A program made the translations under genes and the position numbers. DNA of 64,000 bases from Dehalococcoidia bacterium (GTDB taxonomy: Bacteria; Chloroflexota; Dehalococcoidia; DSTF01; JACRBR01): the NCBI GenBank assembly GCA_015478665.1, contig JADMII010000006.1, positions 56,862 to 120,861 of the forward strand, written 5' to 3'. The notes under the pieces are model-generated. The model was not told the origin of the DNA. It saw nothing but the letters and a program-made list of their open reading frames with translations, and made no database searches. Positions 58,759 through 64,000 of the stretch are shown here, in pieces (the first letter of the stretch is position 1; the number at the start of each line of letters is the position of its first letter).

Positions 58759-61095
58759 TCACCCGAGCGCGGCCGGGAGGCCGCCCTCATACGCCGCGCT
58801 CAGCGCGTCGATGGCGACGTCGAGCGGCCCGAAGCGCAGATGATCGCCGCCCGTCGTGCCCAGCCGGACGAGCGGCAGCGCCTGCGCATCGGCGATCCGC
58901 CGGACGCGCCCGGCGTGCGCCGGATCGCAGGAGACGACGACGCGCGATTGCGTCTCGCCGAACAGCGCCGCATCGAGGCGCCGCGCGAGCGGGAGCGCGT
59001 CGTCGCCGGCGACGCCAATGCCTCCGAGGCAGCACTCCGCGAGCGCGACGGCGAGGCCGCCCGTCGAGACGTCGTGCGCCGACCGCAGCAGTCCTTCCGA
59101 CGCGGCGGCGAGCAGCAACCGCTGCAGCCGCTCCGCGACGGCGAGGTCGATGCGCGGCCGGCCGGCGACGCGGCCCTGCGTCAGCCGCAGGTACTCGCTA
59201 CCGGCGAGGTCGCTCGTCTCCGGCTCGGCGCCGACAGCGAAGACGAGCGCCTCTTCGCAGCAGAAGCGCGACGGCACGGCGCGCGCGGCGTCCTCGAGCA
59301 GGCCGACGACGCCGACGACGGGCGTCGGCCAGATCGCCTCGCCGTTCGCTTCGTTGTAGAGGCTGACGTTGCCGCTGATCACCGGCACGGCGAGCGCGCG
59401 GGCGGCATCGGCCATGCCGCGGATCGCCTCCTTCAGCTGAAAGTACGCTGCGGGCTTCTCCGGATTGCCGAAGTTGAGGCAGTTCGTCATCGCCAGCGGC
59501 CGCGCGCCGCTGCAGGCGACGTTGCGCGCCGCCTCTGCGACGGCGATCGCGCCGCCGGCATAGGGGTCGAGGTACGTGTACGCCGCGTTGCCGTCGGTGC
59601 TGGCGGCGATCGCCTTCGCCGTGCCTTTGATCCGGATGACCGCGGCATCGCTGCCCGGCCCGACGACCGTGTTCGTGCCGACCTGATGATCGTACTGGCG
59701 CCAGACGCTGCGCTTCGACGCGATCTCCGGCAATGCGAGTAGCGCCAGCAGCACGTCGTCTGGACGCGGGCCCGGGCCGGATTCTGTGCGCCGGACGCCG
59801 CCTGCTGGCCCGGACGCTCCTCGAGTCGAGCTTCCAGAATGCGGCTTCGCGCCGTCAACACGGCCGTCTCCTGAACCAAGGTTCCGTAGCGTCGCGAAGT
59901 CGAACGCCTGCAAGTCCGACAGCCAGCGCGGCCGTTCGGCGTCGCGCACGTACGCCGGGGCGTCCGTCATCAGCCGCGCTTCGGCGCGGGCGACCTCGAC
60001 GTCGCCGTCGCGGATGCGGACGAGCCGGTCGTCGGTGACGATGCCGATCGTCGCGCAGTGCAGCTCCCAGTGCTCGAAGTGAGCCCGCACGTCGGCTTCA
60101 TGCTGCGGCTTGACGATAACGAGCATACGCTCCTGCGACTCGCTCAGCATCACCTCGTACGGCGTCATGCCGGACTCACGCCGCGGCACCTTGGCGACAT
60201 CGACGATGATGCCGGTGCCCGCCTTGGCGGCACACTCGACGCTCGCGCTCGTCAGTCCCGCCGCGCCGAGATCCTGCAGGCCGACGATCCAGTCGCCATG
60301 CTCCCCGGTGAGCTGCACGCACGCCTCCATCAACAGCTTCTCGAGGAACGGATTGCCAACCTGCACCGCGGGCCGCCGCTCCGCCGACGACTCATCGAGC
60401 TCGACGCTGGCGAACGTGGCGCCGTGGATGCCATCGCGGCCGGTGTCGGCGCCGACGAGCATCAGCAGATTGCCCGGACCATCGGCGCGCGCCTTGACGA
60501 GCCGGTCGATCCGCCCGACGCCGATGCACATCGCGTTCACCAGCGGGTTGCCGGAATACGACGGCGAGAAGCCGACTTCGCCGCCGACCGTGGGAATGCC
60601 GATGCAGTTGCCGTAGCCGGCGATGCCCGCGACGACGCCTGTGAAGAGGTGCCGGTTGCGCGCCGCCACCTCCCGCGGCGTCTCGGCATCCGGCTGCAGC
60701 GGCCCGAAGCGCAGCGAGTCGAGCAGCGCGATCGGCCGCGCGCCCATCGCGAAGATGTCGCGGACGATGCCGCCGACGCCGGTGGCCGCGCCCTCGTACG
60801 GCTCGATCGCCGACGGGTGGTTATGGGACTCGATTTTAAATGCGACGGCGAGCCCGTCGCCGATGTCGACGACGCCGGCGTTCTCCTCGCCGGCCTTGGT
60901 CAGTACGGCTGTACCGTCGCCGGGGAAGGTCTTCAGCAGCGGGCGGCTGTTCTTGTATCCGCAGTGCTCGGACCAGAGCGCCCCGAACATGCCCAGCTCG
61001 ACATCCGTCGGCTCGCGGTCGAGGAGGTCGACGATGCGCGCGTACTCGTCGCGCGAGAGCGAGAGGTGGTCGAGCGTGCGCTGATCGGGGGGCAT
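58759..61095 (-). CDS. purL: Phosphoribosylformylglycinamidine synthase subunit PurL
   Basis: ATG at 61095. Contains 'ELGMFGALWSEHCGYKNS' and 'ESHNHPSAIEPYEGAATGVGG'. The tracked ORF over-extends by 38 codons. Confidence 0.9.
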   Translation of the reverse strand: MPPDQRTLDHLSLSRDEYARIVDLLDREPTDVELGMFGALWSEHCGYKNSRPLLKTFPGDGTAVLTKAGEENAGVVDIGDGLAVAFKIESHNHPSAIEPYEGAATGVGGIVRDIFAMGARPIALLDSLRFGPLQPDAETPREVAARNRHLFTGVVAGIAGYGNCIGIPTVGGEVGFSPSYSGNPLVNAMCIGVGRIDRLVKARADGPGNLLMLVGADTGRDGIHGATFASVELDESSAERRPAVQVGNPFLEKLLMEACVQLTGEHGDWIVGLQDLGAAGLTSASVECAAKAGTGIIVDVAKVPRRESGMTPYEVMLSESQERMLVIVKPQHEADVRAHFEHWELHCATIGIVTDDRLVRIRDGDVEVARAEARLMTDAPAYVRDAERPRWLSDLQAFDFATLRNLGSGDGRVDGAKPHSGSSTRGASGPAGGVRRTESGPGPRPDDVLLALLALPEIASKRSVWRQYDHQVGTNTVVGPGSDAAVIRIKGTAKAIAASTDGNAAYTYLDPYAGGAIAVAEAARNVACSGARPLAMTNCLNFGNPEKPAAYFQLKEAIRGMADAARALAVPVISGNVSLYNEANGEAIWPTPVVGVVGLLEDAARAVPSRFCCEEALVFAVGAEPETSDLAGSEYLRLTQGRVAGRPRIDLAVAERLQRLLLAAASEGLLRSAHDVSTGGLAVALAECCLGGIGVAGDDALPLARRLDAALFGETQSRVVVSCDPAHAGRVRRIADAQALPLVRLGTTGGDHLRFGPLDVAIDALSAAYEGGLPAALG

Positions 61096-61284
61096 CGCTG
61101 GCAGTGTGACAGGCGGCGGCGATTGCGTCGAACGGGCGGGCTGGCCCGGCAGCTGGAAGGCCCCACTCCGGACGACGATGACGGGACCGGTGCACGGATG
61201 CGCGGGCACGTCGGATCCCCGCTCGCCCGACGAGCATCGCGCCGGGCGAGACCGCGTCCGCGACGCGGCAGCGTGCGTACGCCA

Positions 61285-61310
61285 GAGGCCGCCCTCGCCG
61301 GGGCGGCCTC
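61285..61310 (-). terminator. GC-rich hairpin downstream of the CAP-domain gene (terminator-like, no U-tract)
   Basis: A perfect 10 bp stem GAGGCCGCCC/GGGCGGCCTC with a 6 nt loop lies 32 nt after the stop at 61342. Confidence 0.35.
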
Positions 61311-61341
61311 CGTGCTGTTCGAAGCAGCGCTCAGGGCGCGC

Positions 61342-61848
61342 TCAGCAGGCGCGGTTCCCCTCGAAGATCATCGTGTAGTACACCTTGCCGTCCGCTGCCT
61401 TCGCCACGCCCGTGCCGAAGCGCGTGTAGTGGCAGTTCAGGATGTTCTCGAGGTGCGGCGGGCTCGTCCCCCACATCTGTACGGCGACGTCCGCGGTCTG
61501 CGCCCAGTCGTAGGTGTTCCAGGCGATGTTCTCACCCGCCCAGGCGCGCGCGACGCCGTTCTGGTCCATCAGGCAGACGTAGTTGCAGCCGTTCGGCGGC
61601 ACGTGGCCGAAGTAGTTGTTCGCCGCCATGTCGCGGCTGCGGATGCGCGCGACGTTGACGAGCGCGGCATCGGGCGTCAGCGGCGGCAACCCGTTCTTGA
61701 CCCGGATGGCGTTGATGCCGCTGTAGGTCTTCAGCTCGGCGTTCGCTTCCGGCGTGCAGGCCGTGAAGACAGCCAGACCGCCGAGCAAGAGCAGCGCGAG
61801 CAACGGCAGCGCTAATCGGATGCGACGGATGCGGCGGATGCGTGTCAT
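61342..61848 (-). CDS. CAP/SCP (YkwD-like) domain lipoprotein
   Basis: Begins 'MTRIRRIRRIRLALPLLALLLLGGLAVFTAC' (signal peptide plus lipobox). Contains 'AARIRSRDMAANNYFGH', 'GENIAW' and 'MWGTSPPHLENIL'. Confidence 0.75.
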   Translation of the reverse strand: MTRIRRIRRIRLALPLLALLLLGGLAVFTACTPEANAELKTYSGINAIRVKNGLPPLTPDAALVNVARIRSRDMAANNYFGHVPPNGCNYVCLMDQNGVARAWAGENIAWNTYDWAQTADVAVQMWGTSPPHLENILNCHYTRFGTGVAKAADGKVYYTMIFEGNRAC

Positions 61849-62343
61849 GGCTACCAACTCCCCTCTGTGCTCAGAATCGGCGCCCGCGTGGAAATCTGGC
61901 GTCGCAGGCAAGAGATGTCGGGCGCGAGGGACGCGGGCACGAAGGCGGCGCGCGGCGATGTCACGCCGGGTCGTCGCGGGTCCATGCGGGCGTGATGAGG
62001 CATCGTTCAGCTTCCTTTGCCAGGGCGCGGCAATTGGCGCCGGCGTCTGCGACGATGATGGCTGGCGGCACCGATGGGAGATGCGCGGCGGGGTAGCGCT
62101 GCCGGTGCCTCGAAGGCCGCTCATGGCTGGCCGTCGCCTACCCTACACTGCGCGGCGCCGTGTGAGAACCCCCTGCGCATAACAATTGCGCCGCGACTGG
62201 CCGAAAAGTCGGCTGATTATGTGGAGTCCGAATCTGCGGGCCGATCCTCACCTCCGCCGCCGATCCGCGGCGCATCGACGGGCAGCGCCGCTGCCGATAC
62301 GCTGCCCCTGCGCCACGCCGGCGCCGAACGGGGGTGATGCATC

Positions 62344-63390
62344 GTGACGCGCGATGAGGTGCGATTGACAAGCCTGGCGTCCTGCGCTGGTTGAGCCGGC
62401 AAGGCGAGCATCGCCACGCTGGCGCAGGTCCTGCGTCCGATCACCGATACCTTCGCCGCCTCCGCCTTCCCCGACCTGCTCATCGGGTTGGACGGGCCGG
62501 ACGATGCGGCCGTGTACCGCCTGAGCGACGATCTGGCCATCGTCCAGACGGTGGACTTCTTCCCGCCTGTCGTCGACGACGCACGGCAGTTCGGCGGCAT
62601 CGCCGCGGCCAATGCGATGAGCGACGTCTACGCGATGGGCGGCGAGGTGCTGTTGGCGCTCAACATCGCCGCCTTCCCCGAGGAGCTCGACCCGGCGATC
62701 CTGGCGCGCATCATCGCCGGTGGCGCGGAGAAGGTGGCCGAGGCCGGCGGCGTCATCGCCGGCGGGCACACGCTCTACGATGCGGAGCCGAAGTACGGGC
62801 TTGCCGTCACCGGCAGCGTCCATCCGAACCGCGTCATCGCCAAGGCGGGCGCGCTCCCGGGCGATGCGCTGGTGCTGACCAAGCCGCTCGGCACGGGCAT
62901 CGTCCTGACGGCAGCGCGCGACGACCGCGACGCCCGCGGCCAGCTCGATGCCGCCGTCGCCAGCATGCTCGCCCTCAACCGGCATCCCTCGCATCTGGCG
63001 TGCGAGGCCAACGCGCACGCGATGACGGACGTCACGGGCTTCGGCCTGCTCGGTCATGCGAGCGAGGTGGCCTCGCGGAGCGGCGTGCGCGTGGTGATCG
63101 ATGCGGGACGGGTGCCGGCGCTGCCGGGCGCGCTCGCGCATGCGGGCGAGGGCATCGTGACCCGCGGCGGCGGGCGGAACCGCGAGGGGCTGGCGGGACG
63201 AGTCGCCGTCGCGAAGGCACTGGATCCGGCGCTCGAGCATCTGTTATACGACCCACAGACATCGGGCGGCCTGCTCGTGGCGCTGCCGCCGGCGGCGGCC
63301 GTGGCCATGGTGGCGCGCCTCGCGGCAGACGGGCTGCCGGGCGCGGTGATCGGCCGCGTCGAAGAGGGCGGCGGCGTGCTGGTGATGTGA
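62344..63390 (+). CDS. selD: Selenide, water dikinase SelD with in-frame TGA (62392-62394) read as selenocysteine
   Basis: The frame is open from GTG 62344 (after GGGGGTGA) to 63390 apart from one TGA. 'RLTSLASCAG-U-AGKASIATLAQVL' aligns by eye with E. coli '[24 protein letters not shown]'. The downstream sequence 'DDAAVY...DFF.P.VDD...FG.IAA.NA.SD..AMGG' is SelD. Confidence 0.8.
62395..62423 (+). promoter_or_regulatory. Candidate bacterial SECIS hairpin immediately 3' of the selD TGA
   Basis: The outer stem is GCCGGC/GCUGGC (one G-U pair) and the inner stem is GGCGA/UCGCC with a small apical loop. Folded by hand only. Confidence 0.4.
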
Positions 63391-63537
63391 CGCGAGGCGC
63401 AGCGCATGGCGTCCGTCGCGTCGCGCGCCGGTCGCGGCATCATGCGTTCTGACGACTCCGCGCGCATCGTTCGCTTGCCGCGCCCGGCCCAAATTCGATA
63501 CACCTAATGACGCATCCGCGTCACGCAGGATCTCGAT

Positions 63538-64000
63538 TTGAAAGCCCTCTTCGCATCGTTTGAGATGAGCCCGCTGGCGAAGGTCGGCGGCCTCGGTGAC
63601 GTCGCCGGCTCGCTGCCCCGGGCGCTGCGCATGCGCAGCGCCGACGTCCGCGTGGCGATGCCGCTGCATGGCGCGATCGACCGCAAGCGGCTCGATGCGA
63701 AGCGCGTGCTAACGGATGTGAAGGTGCCCTGGGCGACGAGCGAGCAGCGCGTCGACCTGTGGTACACGGAGCTGCGCGGCGTGCCCGTGTACCTGATCCA
63801 GAACGAGCACTACTTCGAGCGCCCGCAGGTCTACGGCTACGACGACGACCGCGACCGCACGCTCTTCTTCTGTGATGCCCTGCTCGCCTGCGCACCGCAC
63901 CTCGGCTTCCGGCCGGAGGTCGTGCATGCGCAGGACTGGCACGCGGCGATGCTGCTCTCGCGCCTCGCCGCGGCGCCGCACGTCTGGGACGCCGCCGGCC
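63538..64000 (+). CDS. glgA: Glycogen synthase, N-terminal part (continues beyond the window)
   Basis: TTG 63538 follows AGGA. The product '(M)KALFASFEMSPLAKVGGLGDVAGSLPRAL...' matches the GlgA N-terminal 'K.GGL.DV' motif, and 'HAQDWHAA' is present. Confidence 0.85.
   Translation, partial: MKALFASFEMSPLAKVGGLGDVAGSLPRALRMRSADVRVAMPLHGAIDRKRLDAKRVLTDVKVPWATSEQRVDLWYTELRGVPVYLIQNEHYFERPQVYGYDDDRDRTLFFCDALLACAPHLGFRPEVVHAQDWHAAMLLSRLAAAPHVWDAAG

Noticed and set aside
61849-62343. Possible tRNA-Sec (selC) or another tRNA in the 495 bp gap upstream of selD. The gap contains small hairpins such as GCGCA-TAACAAT-TGCGC and GCCGA-AAAG-TCGGC.
   Set aside because: On neither strand could I build an acceptor stem, a T-arm (GTTCRANYC) or a UCA anticodon loop. 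The hairpins are short and isolated.

Overview
The window is about 70% GC and is densely packed on both strands. Many starts are GTG or TTG, and many neighbouring genes overlap by 4 bp, suggesting translational coupling. All homology calls were made by eye from motifs in the translated ORFs; no database search was run.

I support about 60 protein genes and two tRNAs: tRNA-Pro(TGG) and an elongator-type tRNA with a CAT anticodon. I saw no rRNA, no CRISPR array, and no convincing prophage, transposon or defence island. Most long ORFs in the six-frame track that lie antisense to these genes are high-GC artefacts.

Gene content is mainly housekeeping:
- **Translation, RNA and DNA functions:** prs (3' end), yceD-rpmF-fabD-fabG-nusB-acpP, typA, ybeY, pcrA, csrA.
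- **Export and envelope:** tatB-like/tatC, a second tatA, murI, and several glycosyltransferases.
- **Metabolism:** an acs-like ligase, pyrF, trpB, ribE-ribBA, malic enzyme, purL, selD, glgA (5' end).
- **Signalling:** a hybrid histidine kinase and two GGDEF proteins.

I found no clear-cut new multi-gene system. The items most worth a second look are:
1. selD carries an in-frame TGA at the catalytic Cys/Sec position, followed by a hairpin. It is probably a selenocysteine-recoded gene that ORF callers truncate.
2. A large serine recombinase homologue has an apparently degenerate catalytic core and sits 3 nt downstream of a COG1579 zinc-ribbon coiled-coil gene, with no mobile-element context.
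3. An orphan NuoF-like flavoprotein sits next to a flavin reductase, flanked by small membrane proteins.
4. An IPCT/DIPPS-like gene pair is encoded as two overlapping genes.
5. A TatA carries a C-terminal zinc ribbon.
6. The 668 bp non-coding region upstream of ribE has only a partial resemblance to an FMN riboswitch.

Lineage cannot be assigned from this window. The content would fit a high-GC Chloroflexota/Thermomicrobia-like or deep actinobacterial genome.
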